The translations under genes were made by a program, and so were the position numbers. A DNA stretch of 64,000 nt, taken from assembly GCF_006345805.1 (NCBI RefSeq), contig NC_043021.1, positions 5,022,001 to 5,086,000 of the forward strand, read 5' to 3'. The DNA comes from Octopus sinensis (taxonomy: Eukaryota). This document shows, one piece after another, positions 48,868-62,016 of the stretch. A model generated the notes under the pieces. It ran no database searches. It was not told the DNA's origin and saw nothing but the letters and a program-made list of their open reading frames with translations. Each line of letters begins with the position of its first letter. Positions within the stretch are counted from its first letter, which is position 1.

Positions 48868-49217
48868 AACTACTACTACTACCACTATTGCTACTACTAC
48901 TACTACTGCTACTACTACTACTACTACTACTACGACTACTACTACTACTACTACTACACCACCACAACTACTACTACTGCTGCTGCTGCTACTACTACTA
49001 CTACTACGACTACTACTACCACTATTGCTACTACTACTACTACTACTACTATACTACTACTACTACGACTACTACTTCTACTACTACTACCACCACCACA
49101 ACTACTACTACTGCTGCTGCTGCTACTACTACTACTACTACTACCACTATTGCTACTACTGCTACTACTACTACTACGACTACTACTACTACTACTACGA
49201 CTACTACTACTACTACT
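48793..49217. repeat. Compound (TAC)n trinucleotide array with CAC/TGC/GAC interruptions
   Basis: Direct reading; accounts for the poly-Y/T/L ORFs. Confidence 0.95.
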
Positions 49218-49343
49218 CTTTATATATCACCCCCTCCCTTCAGATCCTGCATTTGTAATTTTTTTTTCTCCTCCTCCCATAGATTTGTATTTTTGCGGAA
49301 AAATCTTTCTGCATTCTTCCTAGTGGAACTGGGGTTTGTGTGA

Positions 49344-49385
<42 letters not shown>

Positions 49386-50340
49386 CATTGTGTATCAGTG
49401 TGGTGGTGGTGGTGGTGGTTAGGGGGTTGCATGTCCCTTTATTTGTTCTTTGCTTGCTTTCCTGGCTTTGCAGAATATCATTGATCCTGGTTGAAGGCAG
49501 AATGTTGCATTGATTAAGCAGGCCTTGTGTGTATGTATGGTTGTTGTTGTTGTTCTTCTTCTTGTTATAATTGTTGCTGCAGCCAAGAGCCACGAGCCAA
49601 TGAGGGAGCTTCGACGGGCATCTTTGACCTGCTAAACGTAGCAACCAAATTAGTCAGTAGCTGAATTCAAAGGATAGCTTCTGCCTTGGTATGTTAAATT
49701 TCTTTTAGCATCCTACAGTGCAGCAGCCTCTGTCATTTCTCATCTTGCTAGAAATAGCAGCCAAATCTCCTTCGAATCTCTCCGTTTTTTTTTTTTAAAT
49801 AAAAAAAAATGGGAGAAGCAAAGTACTCAAGAAATAAAGTCATCTTTATCTTTTACTTGTCTGTGGCCAAGCTGGGGCACTGACTTGAAGAATTTTTGTC
49901 AAGCAATCAACTCCAGTACCTTTTTTTTTTTTTTGGTCCATTCTGATTGAGCAGATCTATAATTAAAGGCAATCCATTTGTGACCACCCTGTATTTTTTT
50001 CAGCAACAATGTATCTAGGACTACATTGTAATATGTGTCATTGTTTTTAAGAGAGAGAAAAAGCTGTATGGTGTGATTCAAGGAAGATTTGACAGTTATT
50101 TCTTGCAGGTCGCAGAGCCTCTTGGAGGCTTTTCTGTTTTAAGGCTGTTGGACTTCACACATGGGTGCAGGATCATCAGCAATGGTGACCTGTTATACTG
50201 TTTGCAGACCTATCCAACCCATACCATTATGTGAAAATTAGACAGTAAAATGGTGGTGGTGGTGGCAGGGGCAGTCGAGGCAGTGACAATGGGGGTGAGG
50301 AACAGTGGTACATGAATCAGTATCTTCTATATATCTAAAT

Positions 50341-50642
50341 CAGTGATTTTCAACCAGGGTTCCGCGGAACCTTAGGGTTCTGCCAATACAGTCCAGGGGT
50401 TCCGCGGAACCTTAGGGTTCTGCCAATACAGTCCAGGGGTTCCGCGGAACCTTAGGGTTCTGCCAATACAGTCCAGGGGTTCCGCAAGAAGTTACAAAAC
50501 TGCTAAAATCGGCAGTAATTTTTAATTCTCCCGTGCAGCAGATATGTGTGCATAAGACTATTAAATTATTGCACAGGGGTTCCTCGAGCCAGTGGAATGT
50601 TTCCTTGGGGTTCCGGTCCAGCAAAAAGTTTGAAAAGCACTG
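50341..50642. mobile_element. hAT-superfamily MITE with a 40-bp internal triplication
   Basis: CAGTGATTTTCAA ... TTGAAAAGCACTG ends; 8-bp TSD atctaaat at 50333-50340 and 50643-50650. Confidence 0.92.
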
Positions 50643-51002
50643 ATCTAAATCAACAAAATATTTTCAAATTTCTCTTAAAAGAGATATTTAGCTGCCATTT
50701 CTAACAGATTGACTAGCTGCATAAAGGCTTTCTCATCTTGCATATCGTGCCCAGATTGCAGCATTACACCACATGCATCGCATACAATCAAGCATTGCAT
50801 GTCAGAATGTGCATGAAGGTTTTGAACCAGGCAAAGGAGTGGAAAAGTATGAAACCTGCCGATGACCCTTTGTCGCTCAACCAGATACTCACCTGATCGA
50901 TCAAAGATAAGCCCAAGTTTTATAACAACAACAACAACAACAACATAGCGGACCATCTGTGGATGGGAACCCTTAGAATAGTTTTGTTTCTCAAACGGTT
51001 CA

Positions 51003-51194
51003 CATCATCATCATTGTTCGACCGTGGTCGAGACAATGGAATTTACCATGCTACGCCAGACTTCACGGTCCATCATAGCATTACGGAGGTCCTGTTGCTT
51101 GATGCCTGTATCCCTGGAGATTACATCAGGGTAGGAGAGTGTGCGCCCTCTGGTATTGCAAGTAGATGGCTTCCAGAGGAGAAGAGTAGAAATT
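51003..51194 (-). mobile_element. RTE-clade LINE 3' end with (GAT)n tail
   Basis: ISTLLLWKPST..RNTRGRTLSYPDVISRDTGIKQQDLRNAMMDREVWRSMVNSIVSTTVEQ*, resembling RTE C-terminal LLW...RGR...DRxxWR. Confidence 0.8.
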
Positions 51195-52594
51195 GCCGGT
51201 TAATTGCATAAAACTACTGCTAAGAATTGCCCATTGAGATTCTTCTACAAGATTTCTTTATTTTTTTTCACTTGTAACAGGATATGTTGATCAAGGCCTG
51301 ATACTCCGTTCAATTTCCTTCTCTTTATTTCTGTTCTCCTCTTTCTCTTCCGCACTCTTTCCCTCCTTCCTCCTCTCCTTCCCTTTTCTTCCTTCCTTCT
51401 TCCTCTCTCTTTCTCCCTCCTTCCATTTATTTCTCGCTTCTCATGCCTCTCCTTCTCAGAGAGATTTGACACTCCATCTATTCCACTTCACCTTCACCAC
51501 CACCACCACCCTGTCGCCTTTTTCCACTCGCTGTCGGAAACTTCATGGCCAATGGAAAGCCTGCTCCTACTTTTCCTGTTATTTATGTATTTATTTCCTC
51601 ATTTTTGACTCCAAAGGATTGGTTAAACCATTATCCTCCCTCTCAGACAAAATGGTACACACAACCTGAAGTGAATGCTGGGTGGGGATTAGCAACCATA
51701 AAAACCCTTTCATAATTATAACTCTAACATATTAGAACTTAATTTTCAATATAATCAAAACTTTGGGCCCAAAATATTGGTAATATCTTCTACCAATATC
51801 ATCATTGGTTACTTATAATTTTATTTGTAATGATGCTTGAGTTAACGAGGTCAACTGAGGTCACAATATTACTCTTGTTGTGACAAAAATCTTGATTTAA
51901 CCCTTCAATATTTAAACCAAACATATCGGGCCCAGATATTCTTGTTTTATGTTCAAACTCACCAGATTTGGCCTCTCCTTGAAATCTCAAAACTGTGAGA
52001 TATGAGCTGTGGCAATTTAAAAAAAATTATTGATCCTGGACAGTTTCAACCAGATCCGAATTGAAAGGTTTAAGTTAGCATCACCATCATCATTATAACA
52101 TTCATTTTTCAATGCTCATGTAGGTCAGATGGAAATTTTTGAGGTGGATTTTCAATGAGCAAACCCTTCCTTTTTACCAGCCTTCACCTGTTTTGAATTA
52201 AGGTAATATTTCCCCATGACCAGACAAGTGTTCACAGAATATCATAAACAAAGGCTTCTACAAAACAATCATGGATGTTCCAAGACCACCCACCCCCTCC
52301 TGCTTTTTTTGTTTTTTTTCTCTGTGACAAAAAAATAAACAAGGATGCATTAATTCATGTATCTTTTATTTTATAATTGTTTGTCATCTGGCTGTGACCA
52401 TGCTGGAGCTACTCCTTGAAGGTTTTTAGTCAAACAAATTGACTGCAGCACTTAATTTTTGTTAAGCATAGTACTTATTCTATCAGTCTCTTTTGCTGAA
52501 CCAATAAGCTATGGGGACATAAACAAACCAACTGTCAAGTGGTGGTGAGATGTATGCACACACACACACGCACACATGTATACATACATATGAC

Positions 52595-52825
52595 AGGCGG
52601 CGAGCTGGCAGACACGTTAGCACGCCAGGCGAAATGCGTAGCCGTATTTCATCTGCTGCTACGTTCTGAGTTCAAATTCTGCCGAGGTCAACTTTGCCTT
52701 TCATCCTTTCGGGGTCGATAAATTAAGTACCAGTTATGCACTGCGGTCGATATAATCGACTTAATCCATTTGTCTGTCCTTGTTTGTCCTCTCTGTGTTT
52801 AGCCCCTTGTGGGTAGTAAAGAAAT
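52595..52825 (+). mobile_element. SINE-B inserted into an antisense SINE-A
   Basis: Host reads atgacaggc|...|aggcttctttcag. Confidence 0.9.
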
Positions 52826-53329
52826 AGGCTTCTTTCAGTTTCTGTCTACCAAATCCACTCAAAAGGCTTTGGTCAGCCCAAGGTGCTATGTAGTGGAACT
52901 GAACCCAGAACCATGTGGTTGAGAAGTAAGCTTCTTACCACACAGCCATGCTTGCACCTGTTCTCTCGAAAAAAAGTTTTGGAGATGTCGTTAGTGAGAG
53001 ATTTGGTTGCTGTTTCTAGCAAACCAAGGGATTACGTAGAGGCTTCTCTGTTGGCTTGTGTACTGAGTGTTGTGGGAAGGTTTGAGAGAAAGGTTAGATC
53101 CTTGAAAAAGCTTCATAAAAATGCTGCTCCAATTAGTGGATCGGCTGATGGACAATGTCGAGGAAATATTAAACGTTGATATGATGGCGAATGGGCAACA
53201 GTGAGTCATTGAAATGACTGGAGTTGCTGCTGTTATACTGAAATGTGTGTCTGTGTATGTACATGTGTGTGTGTTTGTATACAAGCATGTACACGTGTAT
53301 TAGAATGTGTGTGCTTGCATGTATGCACT

Positions 53330-53542
53330 TACTCTCTCTCTTTACTCTTTTACTTGTTTCAGTCATTTGACTGCGGCCATGCTGGAGCACCGCCTTTAAT
53401 CGAGCAACTCGACGCCGGAACTTATTCTTTTTTTGTAAGCCCAGTACTTATTCTATCGGTCTCTTTTTGCCGAACCGCTAAGTGACGGGGACGTAAACAC
53501 ACCAGCATCGGTTGTCAAGCAATGCTAGGGGGACAAACACAG

Positions 53543-53573
<31 letters not shown>

Positions 53574-53708
53574 CATATATACGACAGGCTTCTTTCAGTT
53601 TCCGTCTACCAAATCCACTCACAAGGCATTGGTCGGCCCGGGGCTATAGCAGAAGACACTTGCCCAAGATGCCACGCAAGCTACTTACCACACAGCCACT
53701 CCTGCGCC
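53330..53708 (-). mobile_element. SINE-A with a deletion removing the B box
   Basis: gccacgca joined directly to agctacttacc. Confidence 0.9.
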
Positions 53709-54102
53709 TTGTATATGTTTTGTAATTGTTTTTTATTACAAATATATTAACATTCATGTCTTTCAACTTACAGTAAAAACCTCTGTGTGTGTGTGTGGTG
53801 TGTGTGGTGTGTTTGGCTGGGGTTTTTTTCCCCCTTATTTCAGAAATAGTTCCATAAGTTATGTTAAGCACAATGTTAATATATGTAAATGTATGCATAG
53901 ATATTTGGTTTGTGTGGCTTTCTACTTTAAGAGGTCTCTGTTTTAGCCTTCTACTTTTGCTCTTTGCCGATTAGAAGGAAGATGGACAAGATATTTAGTA
54001 TCATTTTGGCTTTTCTCTATAGAGTGTTGGACCTAATATATTGCTTTGTTTACCACCACTGGTATCTCAACAGAATCCACACTGTTGAAAATATTTCTAC
54101 AA

Positions 54103-54498
54103 GCGTAGGAGTGGCTGTGTGGTAAGTAGCTTGCTTATGAACCACATGGTTCCGGGTTCAGTCCCACTACGTGGCACCTTGGGCAAGTGTCTTCTGCTAT
54201 AGCCCCGGGCCAACCAAAGCCTTGTGAGTGGATTTGGTAGACGGAAACTGAAAGAAGCCTGTCGTATATATGTATGTGTGTGTGTTTATGTATGTTTGTG
54301 TGTCTGTGTTTGTCCCCCCAGCATCGCTTGACAACCGATGCTGGTGTGTTTACGTCCCCGTAACCTAGCGGTTCAGCAAAAGAGACCGATAGACTAAGTA
54401 CTAGGCTTACAAAGAACAAGTCCTGAGGTCGATTTGCTCGACTAAAGGCGGTGCTCCAGCATGGCCGCAGTCAAATGACTGAAACAAGTAAAAGAGTA
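54103..54498 (+). mobile_element. SINE-A
   Basis: Family match; inverted relative to 53330-53708. Confidence 0.9.
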
Positions 54499-54983
54499 AG
54501 CTCGCCTGGTTTGAGAATGATGCAAGAATTGGAACTTCTTCATCCTTTTTCCCCATCCCATGTCGTAGAGGCTCTGCAAAGATGTCTCAGGTACTGCTTT
54601 TCTTTCTTGATGCCATTCATGATGGCAGCCTTGAATCTGTCAACAAATGTTATCCAATAAACTGCGGCTATTCCGTTTTTATGGTGGCCACATTGTCCTG
54701 AAATCTAGATACTCAAGACAGTGACAGCATTGCAGCTGCTTTGAATCTGCTGGGAATAACAGTCAAATCTCCCTGAAACCAAACCCTGCTGTCTTAAATG
54801 CACTTACAGTGGACAGTGTTGCTCTGGTACACAAAACAATAGGATTTGTCACAGGTAAAATGCCCACTTTTATAGACCTGCTGGGTGAGGGTTGACCTAG
54901 GATTAAGTAATGCCTTCAATGGTTTCAGTTTGAAATAGGGAGGCCTTATCAAGGCAAAAAGCCTAATTTGGTGTGTGTGTGTG

Positions 54984-55020
<37 letters not shown>

Positions 55021-55033
55021 ATATATATATATA

Positions 55034-55268
55034 TCATCATCATCATCATTTAAGGTCCATTTTCCATGCTAGCATGGGTTGGACGGTTCGACCGAGGTCT
55101 GGGAAGCCAGGAGGCTGCACCAGGCTCCAGTCTGATCTAACAGTGTTTCTACAGCTGGATGCCCTTCCTAACGCCAACCACTCCGTGAGTGTAGTGGGTG
55201 CTTTTTACGTGCCAGGCGATCGGTTTGGTGCTTTTTTACGTGCCGCTGGCACGGAAGCCAGTCAAGGC
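55034..55268 (-). mobile_element. Retroposon-C
   Basis: (CAT)n plus common body. Confidence 0.85.
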
Positions 55269-55289
55269 TATATATATATATATAATATT

Positions 55290-55320
<31 letters not shown>

Positions 55321-55493
55321 TATATATATCCACACACCACACACATGCACATAAGTCAGGGTGTATTGTTTAATGAAGTATAGTCTGATAAAGTGTTTTT
55401 TAATTTTCATTTAAAACATCAAAACAATGTGAGTTATAAGAAATTATGCAATTTGATGGTTTGTGTTTTTATCTTGTTCTTCAACATTTCAAG

Positions 55494-55567
55494 ATCTCAG
55501 TGATTTGATGTTGCAAGAAGACAAGTCTGCTTGCAGCACCAACCCTTTGAAGATGCCTCAACCCTGA
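55494..55567 (+). CDS. Possible terminal coding exon (N)LSDLMLQEDKSACSTNPLKMPQP*
   Basis: Pyrimidine tract plus tttcaag acceptor; phase 1 joins in frame with the 38043 donor; the AAG acceptor is weak and the frame is short. Confidence 0.2.
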
Positions 55568-55660
55568 AATAGTGAAGTACAAAAAAAAAATACAAACCAT
55601 TAATTAGCTTCTATTATTTCTTACAACTTGTATTGTTTTGGCTTCAAAAAAATTAGACAG

Positions 55661-55714
<54 letters not shown>

Positions 55715-56335
55715 TTTGTGGGGTAGGACTCGAAGGATTCACTTTTTTTTTTTTTCTGAATGCAACTTGAGATGCCAGTGAGGAGAGGAACCGCCTAAAT
55801 CTCAGATATCTGTGGGTGGGCATACACAAGCATGCACATGTATACAGAAGTACTTTAATGCTGGATGTGTATAGGTGGAGTTTTCAGACACACATATGGA
55901 GGCACTCAAATCCTGGAGGTGTGTGGCCGAGTTTACACTTAAGCACCAGTACTCGAGTCTCAGATATGTGTGGATGGGTTTTTGCGTTTACACACTGGTA
56001 CCAAAGTCTCAGATATGTGTGGGTGAGTTTACACACACACATACACACAACCAAACACAAACAAATGCTCGTGTGTATCATCAGCGCCCTCTCTTTCTGT
56101 GACATTCGCTGTCGAGAATCTGTGTTTGCTAGCTTCGGTGTGCAAGTAACATACCAAACATTTTTACGTTGTCATTGAGCATTTTGGCAGATTTCCATCA
56201 CAGAAGAAACTCGACTGAAATAAGATGTCTTTTAGGATGCTATATCAATGTCACTGGAAGCAAAAGAACTTTGCTGATGTTAAGTGTACTGTTTGCAGCA
56301 AGCACTTAAATTCCTCGTCTGCTGTCATTCTCTCT

Positions 56336-56390
<55 letters not shown>

Positions 56391-56781
56391 ATATGTATTT
56401 ATGTAAATATATTTAATTGTCCTTATTGATGTAGTAAATTGGTAATTTTACTATTGACCTACATATATAACTTAGTTGTCATTGTCATCTTTGTTGTTGT
56501 TGTTGTTGTTGTTGGCTTGTTGAATTAATATCTTTTAATAGATATGAAGAGGGGGAGGACAAGTTGGTGGAACTAGGCTCTGTGTTTCGTTATAATGAGT
56601 TTTATGTGTTTGTTAAATAGAATAGCTTATCTTGTCACACCATTGAAATGCTTGTTAGGAAGTATTTTCTAGGAAAAGACACACACACAGCTACAACTGC
56701 ATGCATGCAGCTGGACTTGCATGCAACTGCACTTGCACAAATGCTGCTTGTCTCATGTGCAGCTTGATTGCACATGCAGTT

Positions 56782-56950
56782 TGACTCACGTGCATGGCTT
56801 GACTCGTGCATTTGTGTCTTGACTCGTGCATTTGTGTCTTGACTTGTGCATTTGTGGCTTGACTCGTGCATTTGTGGCTTGACTCGTGCATTTGTGGCTT
56901 GATTCATGCATTTGTGGCTTGACTCATGCATTTGTGGCTTGACTCTCATG
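56782..56950. repeat. 20-bp minisatellite (GACTCGTGCATTTGTGGCTT), about 7-8 units
   Basis: Exact 20-bp period from 56801 to 56940. Confidence 0.95.
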
Positions 56951-57108
56951 CAGTTGGATTTGTGCTTACAACCAGGATTCATACTCATGGCTGGACATGT
57001 ACTCAAAGGCAAATAAAATACAATCAAACACATCTAGGCATACAGCCAAGTGCATACACACACACACACACAGAGTCAGACTTGTACATGCACTTATATA
57101 ATTAAGAA

Positions 57109-57326
57109 CAGCGAGCTGGAAGAAATGTTAGCACGCCGGGTGAAATGCGTGGCCGTATTTCGTCTGCCGTTACGTTCTGAGTTCAAATTCCGCCGAGGTC
57201 GACTTTGCCTTTCATCCTTTCGGGGTCGATAAATTAAGTACCAGTAACGCACTGGGGTCGATCTAATCAACTTAATCCCTTTGTTTGTCCTCTCTGTGTT
57301 TAGCCCCTTGTGGGTAGTAAAGAAAT
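57109..57326 (+). mobile_element. SINE-B
   Basis: Family match; flanks tatataa(t/a)taagaac. Confidence 0.9.
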
Positions 57327-57902
57327 ATATATATAAATAAGAACTCTACATTGACCTTGAGCAGTGCTCATAATTCTGCTTGCTCCAATTTGCTTGACTA
57401 ACAAGAAATAGATTGCTCTCTTTCTTCACAGTCGAATGGGGGGAGCAGTCATCGTCACCCTAATGTTAGTACTAAGGGGCATCTAGTGAATTGTTGCAAC
57501 AAATATACTTTTCTGTGCATCAACAGAGAATTGGGTCAGTCTATTTATCCATAGAAGCAGTGCTGGATTAACCATTAAGCAAAATAAACATGTGCTTAGG
57601 GTATCAAGGGAACAGGAGTACCACAGAAATGGTAAATGGTAAGTGATATTCGAAGTGGTTTATATGATCGAAAATATAATTTCAAAGTGTCCATAGTGTC
57701 AAAATAAAACATTATTTTTCATATTTCTGTTGTTTCATTTTGAAAAATTTTTATAGTTTATTATTTGTTTATATTTTGAATTACATATGGGGGGCACCAA
57801 AATCTTTAAGTGCTTAGGGCCTCTATGGCTCTTAACCCAGCCTTGCATAGAAGGCAGCTATATTTAAATTGAGTGGTTACTGCTGTTAAAACTGATATCA
57901 GC

Positions 57903-58280
57903 GCAAGCATGGCTGTGTGGTAAGAAGTTTGCTTCCCAACCAAATACTTCTGGGTTCAGTTCAATGGTATGGCACCTTGGGCAAGTTCCTTGTGAGAGGA
58001 TTTGGTAGATGGAAACTGAGAGAAGCCTATCATGTGTGTGTGTGTGTCTGTCTGTCTCATTGTCTTTATATCATGTGATAGTTGTAAATGAATGTTACTG
58101 TCAAACAAGCAGTGTCATTCATTTCCAGTATTCTGTAAGAACCTGTCTGACCATGGAGAAGTATTACATTGCTTGGAAACAGGTGAGGGTTGGCAACAGG
58201 AAGGGCATGTCTGTAGAAAACTTGCTTCTGATAAACTCCAGCCAATGCATGCATGCTTAGAATGGTGATTGTTAAATGAT
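57903..58280 (+). mobile_element. Chimeric SINE: A-type head with F-type tail
   Basis: gcatggctgtgtggtaag head, (TG)n linker, then cagtgtcattcatttccagtattc...ggtgagggttggcaacaggaagggcat. Confidence 0.7.
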
Positions 58281-58306
58281 AACGATACCCATATATACAT
58301 ACGTAA

Positions 58307-58662
58307 GGCAGCGAGCTAGCAGAATCGTTAGCACGCCGGGCGAAATGCTTAGCAGTATTTCGTCTGCTGTTACGTTCTGAGTTCAAATTCCTCTACGGTC
58401 AACTTTGCCTTTCATCCTTTCGGGGTCGATAAATTAAGTACCAGTTACGCACTGGGGGGGGGGATGTAATTGACTTAATCTGTTTGTCTGTCCTTGTTTG
58501 TCCCCACATTGAATGTGGGTAATAAAGAAACAGGTATTTTGTCTGCCGTTACGTTGTGAGTTCAAATTCCGCTGAGGTCGACTTTGCCTAAAAAAAAAAA
58601 TCCGTTTGTCTGTCCTTGTTTGTCCCCTCTGTGTTTAGCCCCTTGTGGGTAGTAAAGAAATA
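58307..58662 (+). mobile_element. SINE-B partial dimer within one TSD pair
   Basis: Second unit restarts at ggtattttgtctg (~58533); TSD gatacccata(t/c)atacat at 58284-58300 and 58663-58679. Confidence 0.9.
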
Positions 58663-59582
58663 GATACCCATACATACATGATAGTTTTCAGTTTTCATCA
58701 ACCAAATTCACTCACAAGGCATTGGTCGATCTGAGGGTCTAGTATAAAACACTTGCCCGAGGTGCTGCATGTCAATCCTGGGACTGAACTCGACACCACA
58801 TGGTCAGGAAGGGAACCTCTCAGCTACACAGTCATGCTTGCACACACCCACAAGACAAGGCCATGCTTTGCTTGCAATGTTTTTTCTAGACATGGGAACT
58901 AAGAGGATTGAAGATGGGTCTGATGACCATGCTTAATAAAATTAGAACGATTTTAAGCTTTTTAAATTGGCCCAGCACCATGTCAAAGAAATAACTTAAT
59001 CTTCATCCTTAACAAAGGTAGAAGGGTTAAAAACTCTGTATTTTGAGGGAAGTAGGGGTTCAGTATTTGTCTGTTCAAGAACCACTGTTTTAAGGGTCAA
59101 ATGGCCCTTGTAGAGGTTTCTTTATTGGTACTTTATGAACACTTAGTCATTTTTTTCCTTTAGTTTTAGCTTTGCTCTTCTTTTTAGATTCTTACAGTAT
59201 GACTAAATAATTTCAGTTTTTTTTTTATTGTTACTTTTAATTTTATCCTAAAAATTTTTTTCTGCGAGTTTGCAGGCATGTGTGTATGTTTGTTTGTTTA
59301 AAATATTAATTATGATGAGTAAATGAAAACAAATTTTAACATGATATTTTGGAGAGAAATATATCTTCACACATTAACGTAAATCTGCAAAGTTATCTTT
59401 CCACCAGACTGGAATTTGATGAAATTCAAAGAATATTTGAGAATGACATCTAACTGATAAGAGATATTTTGCAAGCATCAATGTCTGTCTGTGTGTATCT
59501 GCATGTTTGTGTATGTGCTTACGCATGCAGTTTTAGACTATGACATTTTTTAGGCAGATTAAAAAAAATATTAACTGCATGT

Positions 59583-60020
59583 ATCTTTTATCTTTTACTT
59601 GTTTCAGTCATTTGACTGTGCCATGCAGAGCACCGCCTTTAGTCGGCAATCGACCCCAGGACTTACTCTTGTAAGCCTAGTACTTTTCTAACGGTCTCTT
59701 TTGCCGAACCGCTAAGTTACGGGGACGTAAACACACCAGCATCGGTTATCAAGCATGTTGGCAGGGACACACAAACATACACACACACACAACACACACA
59801 CACCACACACCACACCACCACACACACACACACACACACACACATATAACATATATACAACGGGCTTCTTTCAGTTTCCATCTACCAAATCCACTCACAA
59901 GGCTTTGGTCGGCCTGAGGCTATAGTAAATACACTTGCCCAAGGTGCCACGCAGTGGGACTGAACCCGGAACCATGTGGTTGGTAAGCAAGCTACTTACC
60001 ACACAGCCACTCCTTACGCG
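59583..60020 (-). mobile_element. SINE-A with many single-base deletions
   Basis: Family match. Confidence 0.85.
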
Positions 60021-60361
60021 TATATTTAATTTTTTTTTTTTTTGAAATCTCGCACATTTATAGAAATTTATATTATAAACAATATAAAAAAAAATTCTTG
60101 AAGTCTGTACCTTAATGAAATTAATTCTACGCCATACTGTGTCTGTCTACAAGCCAATTATGATTTGTGGCTGGCAAACTTCTTTTCTTGTCCAGTTGTG
60201 CCAAATAATATTTAAATTTCTCTATCTCTCTCTCTCACTCTCTCCTTCCCTACCTCACTCTCAGTAGAAACGGCAACAGCTGCTCAGGTAACTTGCAAGT
60301 AGTGTGTGTAAATATTTGTATTTATTGTGGCCTTGTGCCTGAGATGAATGTATTCTGTATG

Positions 60362-60364
<3 letters not shown>

Positions 60365-60408
<44 letters not shown>

Positions 60409-60741
60409 AAAAACCATACATAATGTAGATTCAAATGCATACATTCACACACACACATAAATATAATAATACTTGCACTTACAATATTCACATTCAATAC
60501 ATATATATATAAATACATATATATATATATATATACACATATATTATATACATATATATATACATATATATAACTATATATATACATATTATATATATAT
60601 ATTATATATACACATAATATACATATATATATATACATATATATACATATATAGATATACACATATATATATATACACATATATATACACATATATATAT
60701 ATATATATATATACACTATATAATATACACAGATATATACA

Positions 60742-60777
<36 letters not shown>

Positions 60778-60858
60778 ATATAGTATATACACATATATAT
60801 ATATACACATATATATACACACATATATTATATAACATATATATATATACACATATAT

Positions 60859-60894
<36 letters not shown>

Positions 60895-60960
60895 CATTAT
60901 ATATATATATATAATATTATTATATATATATATATATTATACATATATATATTAATATAT

Positions 60961-60991
<31 letters not shown>

Positions 60992-60993
60992 CA

Positions 60994-61073
<80 letters not shown>

Positions 61074-61075
61074 AT

Positions 61076-61107
<32 letters not shown>

Positions 61108-61781
61108 CATCTATATATATACATATTATATATACCTATATATATACATCTTAATATAATATATATATATATCTATATATATATATAGATATATATATAT
61201 ATATATATATAGATATATATATATACATATATATATATATTTATAAATATATATATATACATATATATAAATATATATATACATATATATAACTATATAT
61301 ATACATAGATATAAATATATCTATATCATATATATAAATATATACATATATATATATATAAGATATATATATACATATATATCTAATATATATATAATAT
61401 ATATATATACATATATATATATATCTCTAGCTATATTAATCTATATACTATATCTATATATAACCATATATATATATACATATTATATAATATCCCTCTA
61501 TCTCTATATAATAGTACATATAATATATATCTTATACATAATATACATATATCCATATATATACATATATATATATATATCAATACATATATATAAATAT
61601 ATATATACATATATAAAATATATTATACATATATATAGATATATATAAATATATATTAATATATACATATATATATATATATACAATCTACTTATATATA
61701 CATATATATATATATATATCATATACTATATATATACATATTATAAATATATATATACATATATATATATATATATTAACA

Positions 61782-61817
<36 letters not shown>

Positions 61818-61872
61818 CAATATATAATATACTACATATATATATATATCTACATATATAGATATATATACA

Positions 61873-61923
<51 letters not shown>

Positions 61924-61967
61924 TATACATATATATATATATAACATATATATTATATATATATACC

Positions 61968-62016
<49 letters not shown>

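Noticed and set aside
48716-49343. Long poly-Tyr/Thr/Leu/Ser ORFs up to 201 aa
   Set aside because: Trinucleotide microsatellite that is open in several frames.
54525-54697. Minus-strand open frame after a tttcag acceptor (…VYWITFVDRFKAAIMNGIKKEKQYLRHLC…)
   Set aside because: Ends in a stop after about 50 codons, has no convincing GT donor and no recognisable motif.
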